A DNA stretch of 40,000 nt, taken from NCBI GenBank assembly GCA_964291485.2, contig OZ220224.1, forward strand, positions 2,966,188-3,006,187. Direction: 5' to 3'. The stretch's first letter is position 1. Each line of letters starts with the position of its first letter. Positions 17,683 through 24,566 of this stretch are shown here, in pieces. The notes beneath the pieces were generated by a model. The model saw only the letters and a list, made by a program, of their open reading frames with translations, did no database searches and was not told the origin of the DNA. The DNA is from an uncultured Kistimonas sp. GTDB lineage: Bacteria; Pseudomonadota; Gammaproteobacteria; Pseudomonadales; Endozoicomonadaceae. The position numbers and the translations under genes were made by a program.

Positions 17683-18890
17683 TATTGGTCGATAGCTGGT
17701 ATGAACTCTTCTTTTTCTAATATTCTTACTAGGCTTCGCATGAGAAAGTTATTAGTAAAATTAACATAATAAGTTCTTGAGTTTTCTTGTATTGGCTTAA
17801 TGAATCCAGACTCTTTCATTTTTGCTAATTGATGCGTTCGTTGCCTAGATGTCAACTCCGGCAATGGTTCATCAAGATCTATGGCTTTAAATCGCTGTTT
17901 TTTAATGCCTACTCTCAATATTTTAACTTCTGTTTCATTTAGGTATCCACGTTCAACACCAAGTTCAATAGTTGGAATGAGAATATTTTTATAAAGAAAA
18001 CCAAAGTCAAGAAGCTTATTAACTTTAGTAACTTCATCCAAAATACCTGTTAATACATACTCACACCATTCTAGTAATGCACTATCATCCGCAGAATCAG
18101 CTTTAGTTAAGTTCTGATAATATTGATCTCGATCATTACAAAACACAGCTGTTGGATTAAGAATTTTTCCATCTTTGACATTAAATCCATATTTAATCAA
18201 CATAGCGTACGTTAATAACCTAACAACTCTGCCATTTCCATTACCAAAAGGATGTATCCATGTAAATCGGTGATGAGCTATCGCAGTTTTTAACAGATCG
18301 TATTTTCCAGCTTCATCTTTATTTATAAAAGCTAATAATTCATCCATATACCCCTGAACTGAATTATGTTCAGGTGGCAAATGAGTTGATTGGGAAATCT
18401 CCACGCTCCATGTTCTATATGCGCCAGGAGTCCTATCACCTTCTTCGTTAAGTCCATCTACAGCTAAATGGTGCAACTCTCTTATAAAATGATGAGTTAT
18501 TTCAGAGCCTTCAGAAATGCTTTGCTCTATGTAGTCCATAGCACTTTCAACATTAGCAATTTCAGAATATCGCTCTGTGGAGCGTTCATTATGTTCGATT
18601 TTTTGCTCTATATATTCAGATATAGTTGTCCGGTTACCCTCTATACGGGCTGAACCGACACTTTCCATAATATGGAAAATTTGCTTAAGCTGGAAGAAAA
18701 TCCAAGGTGCAGTGGTTCCACCAAGCCTCTGCTTTCTAAGGTGGTTCAACTCCATCAATGTATCAGTTAGATTAGAGTCAAAACTTGGACTTACTAACTT
18801 CAAGTCAAAGTGGTTAAATGAGGCGCTCATATCTTCATTTTGCCTACGCAACATATTGATATTAAAGGACTTATTCTCCGGCTTGCTCAT
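17682..18890 (-). CDS. Fic family protein (class II: N-terminal inhibitory helix, Fic core, C-terminal winged-helix-like domain)
   Basis: Fic motif HPFGNGNGRVVR (HxFx[D/E]GNGRxxR with Asn at the D/E position). Inhibitory motif SARIEG (S/TxxxE[G/N]) upstream. 402 aa and very AT-rich. Confidence 0.85.
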   Translation of the reverse strand: MSKPENKSFNINMLRRQNEDMSASFNHFDLKLVSPSFDSNLTDTLMELNHLRKQRLGGTTAPWIFFQLKQIFHIMESVGSARIEGNRTTISEYIEQKIEHNERSTERYSEIANVESAMDYIEQSISEGSEITHHFIRELHHLAVDGLNEEGDRTPGAYRTWSVEISQSTHLPPEHNSVQGYMDELLAFINKDEAGKYDLLKTAIAHHRFTWIHPFGNGNGRVVRLLTYAMLIKYGFNVKDGKILNPTAVFCNDRDQYYQNLTKADSADDSALLEWCEYVLTGILDEVTKVNKLLDFGFLYKNILIPTIELGVERGYLNETEVKILRVGIKKQRFKAIDLDEPLPELTSRQRTHQLAKMKESGFIKPIQENSRTYYVNFTNNFLMRSLVRILEKEEFIPAIDQ

Positions 18891-18896
18891 TCTACT

Positions 18897-18981
18897 AACT
18901 ACAAACCAAAGAAATTGCTAACTACATTCTACATAATTCAACAACTACATTATAGGGGATAAATACTCATTGGGAACTACA
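18897..18981 (-). promoter_or_regulatory. four direct copies of AACTACA (minus strand TGTAGTT) in the Fic cassette leader
   Basis: Copies at 18897, 18920, 18943 and 18975, giving spacings of 23, 23 and 32 bp. They lie between the attC R' core and the Fic ATG. The extended consensus is CTAACTACAT. Confidence 0.4.
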
Positions 18982-18999
18982 CAGCTGAGAATTTGGGTA

Positions 19000-19035
19000 G
19001 CTTCTAACGCCTGCATCAGCCGACGCCGTAGGCGG
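19000..19035 (-). other. integron attC-like site B, R'-proximal half
   Basis: Plus strand: GCTTCTAAC-GCC-TGCATCAGCCGAC-GCCGTAGGCGG. It pairs with 20322..20345 once the IS is removed. Confidence 0.7.
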
Positions 19036-19071
19036 TGATCTTCCCCCGATAAAATGGACACCCTTCTACAG

Positions 19072-19956
19072 CTAAGCTGCCGCCTCGTATTCTACCGGAG
19101 ATTGATAATTAAGGCTTGAGTGCAGTCGAGCACGGTTATAAAAATGCTGTATATATCCAGCTAATGAATCACGTAGGTGGTGAACACTGCGGAATGTGGT
19201 TCCAGTAATCAACTCACCTTTCAATGAATGAAAAAATGATTCCATCTCCGCGTTGTCAGTGCATCGGTAGGCGCGATTCATACTGGGTATGAACCCATAG
19301 CGTTTATGTACGTTATGAAGCTCTGTGGCTCGGAATTCGATGCCTTGGTCTGAGTGAAAAACAAGCCCTTTCGGAGGGCGTCGATTTCTGATGGCCATCA
19401 ACAGGGCAGCTTTGGTTAAAGCCGCTGTCCGGTTGTTTTTTAGCGACCATCCAACGACTTTCCGTGAATACAGATCCAGCACGACAGCCAGGAACATCCA
19501 TCGTCCTTGTAGTTTTATATAGGTCACATCCGACGTCCAGTGCTGGTTAATCGCCGTTGGCTTGGGGAGATCTTTGCGAATGTTAGGCACAGGGTCACAA
19601 GCTCGTTGTGGCAGAGGCTTTCTGCGATAAATGCGAGCCACACGGCCTTTCAGTTGAGCTTCTCGCATCAAGCGCTCTACGCGTTTTCTGCCAACACTTA
19701 TCCCCTGGTTACGAAGCACCTTGAAGATGCGCGGGCTTCCATAGCGTCCCTTGCTTTTATCAAAGACAGACTGGATGCGCTGTAAAAGCAACTGGTCATC
19801 AAGTTTACGCTGACAAGGCTTTCGGTTTCGCCAAGCATGAAAGCCACTGCAGGTAACATTCAGACGTTTACAGAGAAAGCGAATCCCGAAACGCTGATGG
19901 TGGAACCCTATGAACGCGAATCTTTCCTGCGTTGTTCCGCGAGAAACGTTTCCCAC
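19072..19956 (-). CDS. IS3-family transposase OrfB (DDE integrase core), made as OrfAB by -1 frameshift
   Basis: HSDQGIEF, TDNAEMESFF. Overlaps orfA. The slippery A6G (CTAAAAAAGTGG on the minus strand) lies at 19956..19962. Confidence 0.9.
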   Translation of the reverse strand: MGNVSRGTTQERFAFIGFHHQRFGIRFLCKRLNVTCSGFHAWRNRKPCQRKLDDQLLLQRIQSVFDKSKGRYGSPRIFKVLRNQGISVGRKRVERLMREAQLKGRVARIYRRKPLPQRACDPVPNIRKDLPKPTAINQHWTSDVTYIKLQGRWMFLAVVLDLYSRKVVGWSLKNNRTAALTKAALLMAIRNRRPPKGLVFHSDQGIEFRATELHNVHKRYGFIPSMNRAYRCTDNAEMESFFHSLKGELITGTTFRSVHHLRDSLAGYIQHFYNRARLHSSLNYQSPVEYEAAA

Positions 19957-20264
19957 TTTTTTAGAAAATCGACCTCTTTTTTGAGAGCGGCATTCTCGGC
20001 CTCGAGTTTCTTGATCCGCTCGCTGTCAGTCAGCTCTTTTTTTCTGGGGATAGTCTCAAGATTTCTGGAGACTTTGCGTTCATCGGCCACAAGACTGCCC
20101 TCAAAATATTCTTTGCGCCAACGAGACAACATAAACGGATGGATGTCTAGGTAGGCAGCGACATCTTTGATCATCACACCAGGTTTGAAGGTCATTCGAA
20201 CAGCACTGACTTTGTACTCATTGGTGTAGCGACGCGTTGGTTTATCAGGTCTGTAACTTGTCAT
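19908..20264 (-). CDS. IS3-family transposase OrfA (HTH + leucine zipper)
   Basis: 118 aa. YTNEYKVSAV, RWRKE, and a C-terminal coiled coil (KKLEAENAALKKEVDFLKK). Confidence 0.9.
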   Translation of the reverse strand: MTSYRPDKPTRRYTNEYKVSAVRMTFKPGVMIKDVAAYLDIHPFMLSRWRKEYFEGSLVADERKVSRNLETIPRKKELTDSERIKKLEAENAALKKEVDFLKKWETFLAEQRRKDSRS

Positions 20265-20318
20265 TTAAGCACCTCATTGGATTAGGAATGAGGTGTCCAC
20301 AAAAGCGGGGGAAGTTCA

Positions 20319-20345
20319 CGGTCGGCTGGATGCACTTGTTAGCAG
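20319..20345 (-). other. integron attC-like site B, R''-proximal half (first 3 nt are the IS target duplication)
   Basis: Plus strand: (CGG)TCGGCTGGATGCA-CTT-GTTAGCAG. On the minus strand, CTGCTAAC contains the TAA stop of the upstream ORF. Confidence 0.7.
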
Positions 20346-20888
20346 TCTTTCGATGATATACGCAAAAACTGTTTGTTCATTTTTTCAAATGAAGAGCAGT
20401 CTAGCGAAAACGAGTACCCGCCTGTTCGGTGATCTCTTGGATAACGCAAATGTTGATCCATGAAAGCAGGTTTAAATTGTTTTATGTGTTGCTGGTGTAA
20501 TTCCAACTCTCCTTTATTCAATTCACATGGATGATACTCTTCGAATTTAAATGAATGGTCAATTTTATAGTCGTCGGATGGGTAAAGTTTTAGATAGCTC
20601 TCTTCCAATTCTTTTAGTTTGTGAGTATACGGGGCTGAGCCTGTTTTTTTCTTTATCATGTACTTGTAAAATAGCTCAACTGCATGAAACATTTGATAAG
20701 CAATAGCGTTCTCATATTCGTGAACATGCTTAAAATCTGTATCAGCAATGACTGAAACTCTTCCTATTTCCAAGTAGGCGATTGCCATATTCAAAAATTC
20801 ATCACACTCTTGATTCAATATGTACTCCTTGACTGCTAACGCTTTGATAAGCGGCGCACTCACGCACAAAGGTTGGTGCGACTCTGAG
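20339..20888 (-). pseudogene. HEPN-like protein gene, 5' end severed by an IS3-family insertion (first 5 codons at 22136..22149)
   Basis: The ORF-track N-terminus MSIITSSDH is encoded by IS sequence. Removing 20889..22135 restores ATG(22149)-MGFPSSESHQPLC.... HEPN-like signature: QMFHAVELFYKYMI...YTHKLKELEESY plus LRYPRDH (R-x4-H). Confidence 0.6.
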
Positions 20889-20951
20889 TGATCTGAGGAA
20901 GTAATTATGGACACCTTCTTAAGGGAGTAAAATCACTCTCTGAGGTGACCA

Positions 20952-21236
20952 ATGACTACCAAGAAAAAACGTAAATATCATTCACCGGAATTCAAAGCCG
21001 AAGCCCTGAGGTTGGCCGAGAAAACCAGTATCCCGTCAGCAGCCAGGGAGTTGGGATTGCAAGAGTCCCAGCTCTACGCATGGCGATCCGCAGCGCTCAG
21101 AAAAAAGACGGTCAGTGAGCGAGAGTCTGCGTTAGCGACTGAGGTTGCCAGACTCAAGCGCCAACTGGCGGTGCAGGCTGAGGAGCTTGAAATTCTAAAA
21201 AAGGCGGCCACCTACTTCGCAAAAAACCAAAAATAG
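20952..21236 (+). CDS. IS3-family transposase OrfA
   Basis: 94 aa. YSPEFKAEALRL, LYAWR, LEILKKAATYFAK. The A-rich slippery run GCAAAAAACC lies near the 3' end. Confidence 0.9.
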   Translation: MTTKKKRKYHSPEFKAEALRLAEKTSIPSAARELGLQESQLYAWRSAALRKKTVSERESALATEVARLKRQLAVQAEELEILKKAATYFAKNQK

Positions 21237-21250
21237 AGCGCTTCCGCTTT

Positions 21251-22102
21251 ATGCTCAGGAACAGGAGCCGGTTTTCTCTGGTCAGGATGGCTTCTGTTCT
21301 ACGAGTCTCGCGAAGTGGGTACAACCGCTGGGAAAGAACCCGCCATAAATCCAGTCATCGCGCTGTCAAACAGCAGCTTCGTGACGGGTTGATTCTGGAG
21401 GCATTTCGGAGGAGTAAGTCTCGTTCAGGTTCTCGTCGTATCCAGAAAGACCTGGAGGATGCTGGTCAGCCTTGCTGTATCAAAACCGTTCAGGACAGCA
21501 TGAAACGACAGAGTCTTGTTCCCAGGGCCGCTCGTAGATTCAGGGTCACGACTGACAGCAAGCACACGTTGCCTGTTGCGCCTAACCTGCTCAAGCGTGA
21601 CTTTGTAGCCACAGCGCCCAACCAGAAATGGGCCGGTGATATCACCTATCTGCAAACCAGCGAAGGTTGGCTGTATCTGGCCGTTGTCATTGATCTGTTC
21701 TCACGTCGAGTCATAGGCTGGTCCATGGGAACCACAATGAAAGCTGACCTGGTGTGTGATGCATTGAACATGGCGCTCTGGCGCCGACGGTTTCCTGCTG
21801 GTGTGCTATTTCATAGCGATAGAGGCAGTCAGTACTGCTCTCAAGTATTCAGAGACATGATCGAGAAAAACGGCTGCCATCAGAGTATGAGCCGTAAAGG
21901 CGACTGTTGGGATAACGCTTGCGTAGAGAGTTTTTTCCACTCATTGAAAGTTGAGGCTATACATCATGAGCCAATGATGAATCGGGCGCAGATGCGGCAG
22001 GCGGTGTTTGAATACATTGAAGTCGATTACAATCGAACCCGCCGACACAGTTCATTGGGGTATATGACTCCCATGAATTTCGAGTTGGCAAAAGCAGCTT
22101 AG
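21251..22102 (+). CDS. IS3-family transposase OrfB (DDE)
   Basis: WAGDITYL, HSDRGSQY, WDNACVESFF, YNRTRRHSSLGY. Confidence 0.9.
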   Translation: MLRNRSRFSLVRMASVLRVSRSGYNRWERTRHKSSHRAVKQQLRDGLILEAFRRSKSRSGSRRIQKDLEDAGQPCCIKTVQDSMKRQSLVPRAARRFRVTTDSKHTLPVAPNLLKRDFVATAPNQKWAGDITYLQTSEGWLYLAVVIDLFSRRVIGWSMGTTMKADLVCDALNMALWRRRFPAGVLFHSDRGSQYCSQVFRDMIEKNGCHQSMSRKGDCWDNACVESFFHSLKVEAIHHEPMMNRAQMRQAVFEYIEVDYNRTRRHSSLGYMTPMNFELAKAA

Positions 22103-22172
22103 GCCGATGTCCATTTTTACTGAATCAGATCAGAGCTTGGGAAGCCCATTCGATTTTATGAGTGTGCCGTTT

Positions 22173-22215
22173 CATCAACTTGTTGGACGAGCCCTCGCAC
22201 GGTCTCGCCGTATGG
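22173..22215 (-). other. possible attC-like site A, R'-proximal half
   Basis: Plus strand: CATCAAC-TTG-TTGGACGAGCCC-TCGCACGGTCTCGCCGTATGG. The TTGGACGAGCCC arm is an imperfect complement of GGGCGCGTTCAACA at 23614..23627. The core is poor (GTTGATG on the minus strand). Confidence 0.35.
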
Positions 22216-22221
22216 ATTTAA

Positions 22222-22258
22222 CAGTAAGCTACGATTGCCGTACAAACGTAGCTTACTG
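22222..22258. repeat. perfect 12-bp inverted repeat hairpin
   Basis: CAGTAAGCTACG (22222..22233) / CGTAGCTTACTG (22247..22258) with a 13-nt loop, about 150 bp downstream of the IS91-family tnpA stop. Confidence 0.85.
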
Positions 22259-22404
22259 TCTGATATTGGGATATCCGGCAGTGATCCGGCTTTGCTTTGA
22301 TCATTTTACTGTTTCAAACGTTGTTCATGAATCGCAAAAGCGGTAGTTTTCCAGCACCAGTCCGACAGGTATCCCTGATAAGTTCTCAGCATCTGGTTGC
22401 AGGC

Positions 22405-23541
22405 TCACGATCCATTGTGGCGGGTCGGATCCCGGCCTCGCCGAAATCGCTCTTTGATGACCAGCGGTTTTCGACATGTCGGACAACAGGCCTGCGCTGC
22501 CCTTCCTACGGTTACCAGATAGGCTTGCCAGCTCAACGAGGTGTCTGATTCAACGACACACTGTTGTTTATGCGCCTCCCGGGCTCGGTTCAGAGCTGCA
22601 CGTTTGCCACTGGTATAGAGTCCATAGCTACGGACGGTTCGCTTACCTTTGTCGGGAACATGAATCAGCAATTGCCTGATAAAACCTGTTTTTGAAAACG
22701 ACTGGATTTCAGTTTTACCCGACTGATGACTCTGATACTTCAGTTGAATGCTATCTTCGTTGAGGCTGATCTGTTGATTATTGATCGGGCCACCTTTTAC
22801 ATAGCGAGCCAGGTAGTTAATGACGCCGTTGCCATGGTTATACGGTTTCATGACTTCAACGTGCCAGTCTGCTCGTCCAAGCTGGTTAATCATGTGACTG
22901 AACCCCGTCTGGCCGAGTGATTCCGGCACTCTAAGGGATTCTGACCTCATCGCAGCGCAGAATTTTCCCCGGAAAAGTCTCATCACGACTTTGAAGGGTA
23001 GAAAGCAACCTTTAACCGGAGCTATCCATTGTCCCTTGCGAGTGAGTCCACCATTCGTTACCAGGCAGTGTATATGAGGATGCAGACTGAGGTTTCTGCC
23101 CCATGTGTGCAGATTCAATAAGAATCCACTGTCCGCTCCCAGGTATTTTTTATCATTCAATAATGTTTTCATCGTCTCGCTGACAGCATTAAACAGAATG
23201 TCAGTCATCAGACGAGTATTCATCAACCAGAGTTCGTTGAACTGATGAGGAATAGTGAAAACCAGATGGCGATGTGAGGTATTAATCAGTAATTGGCTCT
23301 TTGCGCTTAACCAACGTTCAACCTGAATCTGATTACATTGCGGACAGTGCCGGTGTTTACAGGAGTTGTACCAGATTTTGCTGATATGTCCGTCCGGGCA
23401 ACTTTGTATGTGCCCGCCCATGGCTGCCGTACGGCAATTTATAAATGCGTTAGCGGCCCGGTAATGATGCAGTGGCAGTCTTTTGTTTTTGGTATATGCT
23501 TCAAAGGATTTTTTGAAAACCTTTTGTATTGTGGTTTTCAT
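22405..23541 (-). CDS. IS91-family transposase (zinc-binding N-terminus + Y2 HUH domain)
   Basis: CPDGH...CKHRHCPQC zinc-ribbon motif. LVFTIP. HPHIHCLVTNGGL (HUH-type motif). YLARYVKGGPI. 378 aa. Confidence 0.88.
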   Translation of the reverse strand: MKTTIQKVFKKSFEAYTKNKRLPLHHYRAANAFINCRTAAMGGHIQSCPDGHISKIWYNSCKHRHCPQCNQIQVERWLSAKSQLLINTSHRHLVFTIPHQFNELWLMNTRLMTDILFNAVSETMKTLLNDKKYLGADSGFLLNLHTWGRNLSLHPHIHCLVTNGGLTRKGQWIAPVKGCFLPFKVVMRLFRGKFCAAMRSESLRVPESLGQTGFSHMINQLGRADWHVEVMKPYNHGNGVINYLARYVKGGPINNQQISLNEDSIQLKYQSHQSGKTEIQSFSKTGFIRQLLIHVPDKGKRTVRSYGLYTSGKRAALNRAREAHKQQCVVESDTSLSWQAYLVTVGRAAQACCPTCRKPLVIKERFRRGRDPTRHNGS

Positions 23542-23599
23542 GGGATTCCAATACTAAGTTAAGAATCTCAAAAGTAGACTAAAATCCTGCCTGCTCTTT

Positions 23600-23637
23600 C
23601 CCTCGGCGTAGCCGGGCGCGTTCAACAGCTATTAGAA
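23600..23637 (-). other. possible attC-like site A, R''-proximal half
   Basis: Minus strand: TTCTAAT-AGC-TGTTGAACGCGCCC-GGCTACGCCGAGGG. The core differs from the TTCTAAC seen at sites B and C by one base. Confidence 0.4.
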
Positions 23638-23701
23638 CTCATCCGAGTAATATTGGATATTGAACTCAAATGAGAAATATTATTTAAAAACCTTTGTTAT
23701 A

Positions 23702-23715
23702 AACTCACGTGAGTT
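23702..23715. repeat. 14-bp perfect palindrome AACTCACGTGAGTT
   Basis: Self-complementary by inspection. It sits in an ORF-free AT-rich stretch between attC-like site A and a GTTAGCG core at 23731..23737. Confidence 0.8.
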
Positions 23716-24140
23716 ATATTATCTTTCATCGCTAACCACATAACCCCCTGTTTATAAACGAGAAAACATCCATATTCCAAATCACTCCCAATATTTCTCA
23801 AACACTCTGATGCTGTTGGCAAACGCCTGTTTGAATGATCCGCTGTCGCACTGGGCAAGGCGCTGAGCAACCGATGATGGCCAGCTGCGCGACACAGCCT
23901 GGAACACCCTGAGCGACTAAACACCTCAACTGTCAACGGCAACCAAGCCGGGCAATATCGTGAAATACCCTGCCAACACCCCATTTGCAGACAGTGACTT
24001 ATCCTGAATGACAGACACGCTACCGCCCGAAGGTGAGACCTGACCGGTTATAGATCAGGCGGAGCATGGGCCTCACTAGCTCGTTACTGCACGGCTGTAC
24101 AAGAAAATTGGGTTATCTAATCACACTTTGCAGGCTTCAG

Positions 24141-24247
24141 CCATGGTGCCGGTCAACGCCGAATGGCAGTGCGATCAGTTGTCTTTTGTCGTTTAGTACC
24201 CACAACGTGGTTTTGGGAGGAAATCAACAGAAAAGGATTCTTTCAGC
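24141..24247. repeat. 107-bp direct repeat, copy 1
   Basis: Identical by inspection to 24370..24476 (CCATGGTGCCGGTCAACGCCGAATGG...GGATTCTTTCAGC). Confidence 0.9.
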
Positions 24248-24307
24248 TTAACGCCCGAAAGCGATTGTCGATGATTCAGACCAGTGAAAGGACCCAAAAC
24301 GTGTTTT

Positions 24308-24358
24308 GTCGGAGCGAAAGGATTCGAACCTCCGACCCCCACAACCCCATTGTGGTGC
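24308..24358 (-). pseudogene. 51-bp fragment of tRNA-Pro (3' half, discriminator to anticodon arm); att-type scar
   Basis: GTCGGAGCGAAAGGATTCGAACCTCCGACCCCCACAACCCCATTGTGGTGC matches 24569..24619 of the intact gene with one mismatch (A versus G in the T-arm). It lacks the 5' half. Confidence 0.85.
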
Positions 24359-24369
24359 AAGAAAACGAG

Positions 24370-24476
24370 CCATGGTGCCGGTCAACGCCGAATGGCAGTG
24401 CGATCAGTTGTCTTTTGTCGTTTAGTACCCACAACGTGGTTTTGGGAGGAAATCAACAGAAAAGGATTCTTTCAGC
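24370..24476. repeat. 107-bp direct repeat, copy 2
   Basis: Identical to 24141..24247. Followed, like copy 1, by TAACGCCCGAAAGCGAT ... TCAGACCAGTGAAAGGAC and then tRNA sequence. Confidence 0.9.
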
Positions 24477-24566
24477 ATTCCGACAGTAACGCCCGAAAGC
24501 GATGGATGCGATGCAAGAAAACGATGATAAGCAGAGAGAAAAATCAGACCAGTGAAAGGACAAAAC

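Larger units (their letters stand above)
19036..20318 (-). mobile_element. IS3-family insertion sequence (1283 bp) with a 3-bp target duplication CGG
   Basis: Terminal inverted repeats TGATCTTCCCCCGATAAAATGGACACC (19036..) and TGAACTTCCCCCGCTTTTGTGGACACC (reverse complement ending at 20318). CGG at 19033..19035 and at 20319..20321. Confidence 0.9.
20889..22132 (+). mobile_element. IS3-family insertion sequence (1244 bp) with a 3-bp target duplication GAG
   Basis: IRL TGATCTGAGGAAGTAATTATGGACACC (20889..). IRR ...GATGTCCATTTTTACTGAATCAGATCA ends at 22132. GAG at 20886..20888 and at 22133..22135. Confidence 0.88.
22216..23599 (-). mobile_element. IS91-family (rolling-circle, HUH-Y2) element; ends not determined
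   Basis: Contains the IS91-type transposase gene. The extent is guessed from the two attC-like half-sites flanking it. Downstream of tnpA there is CGTTTGAA (oriIS-like, from memory) and a 12-bp-stem hairpin. Confidence 0.4.

Noticed and set aside
17049-17769. Several 60-90-aa ORFs on both strands (17049..17303, 17170..17358, 17238..17444, 17316..17576, 17581..17769)
   Set aside because: They fall within the structured 5' ribozyme part (domains I-III) of the group II intron or within the attC. No coding signal is expected there.
23697-23984. 95-aa minus-strand ORF in the gap between the IS91-family element and the tRNA repeats
   Set aside because: It is Cys/Arg/Leu-rich with no motif and no RBS, and it spans a composition change from AT-rich to GC-rich. 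It is more likely non-coding or a decayed gene fragment.
22150-24140. Search for an integron integrase (intI), attI or a tyrosine recombinase at the tRNA-proximal end of the cassette cluster
   Set aside because: No ORF or frame-shifted remnant with recombinase motifs (ALTGxR, HxLRH, YTH-type C-terminus) was found. The only large ORF is the IS91-family transposase, so the cluster is described as integrase-less within this window.
24141-24476. Possible CRISPR array or other short-repeat locus
   Set aside because: There are only two copies of a long (107-bp) repeat with partly homologous spacers, and each unit ends in tRNA sequence. This is a tandem duplication or att scar, not a repeat-spacer array.
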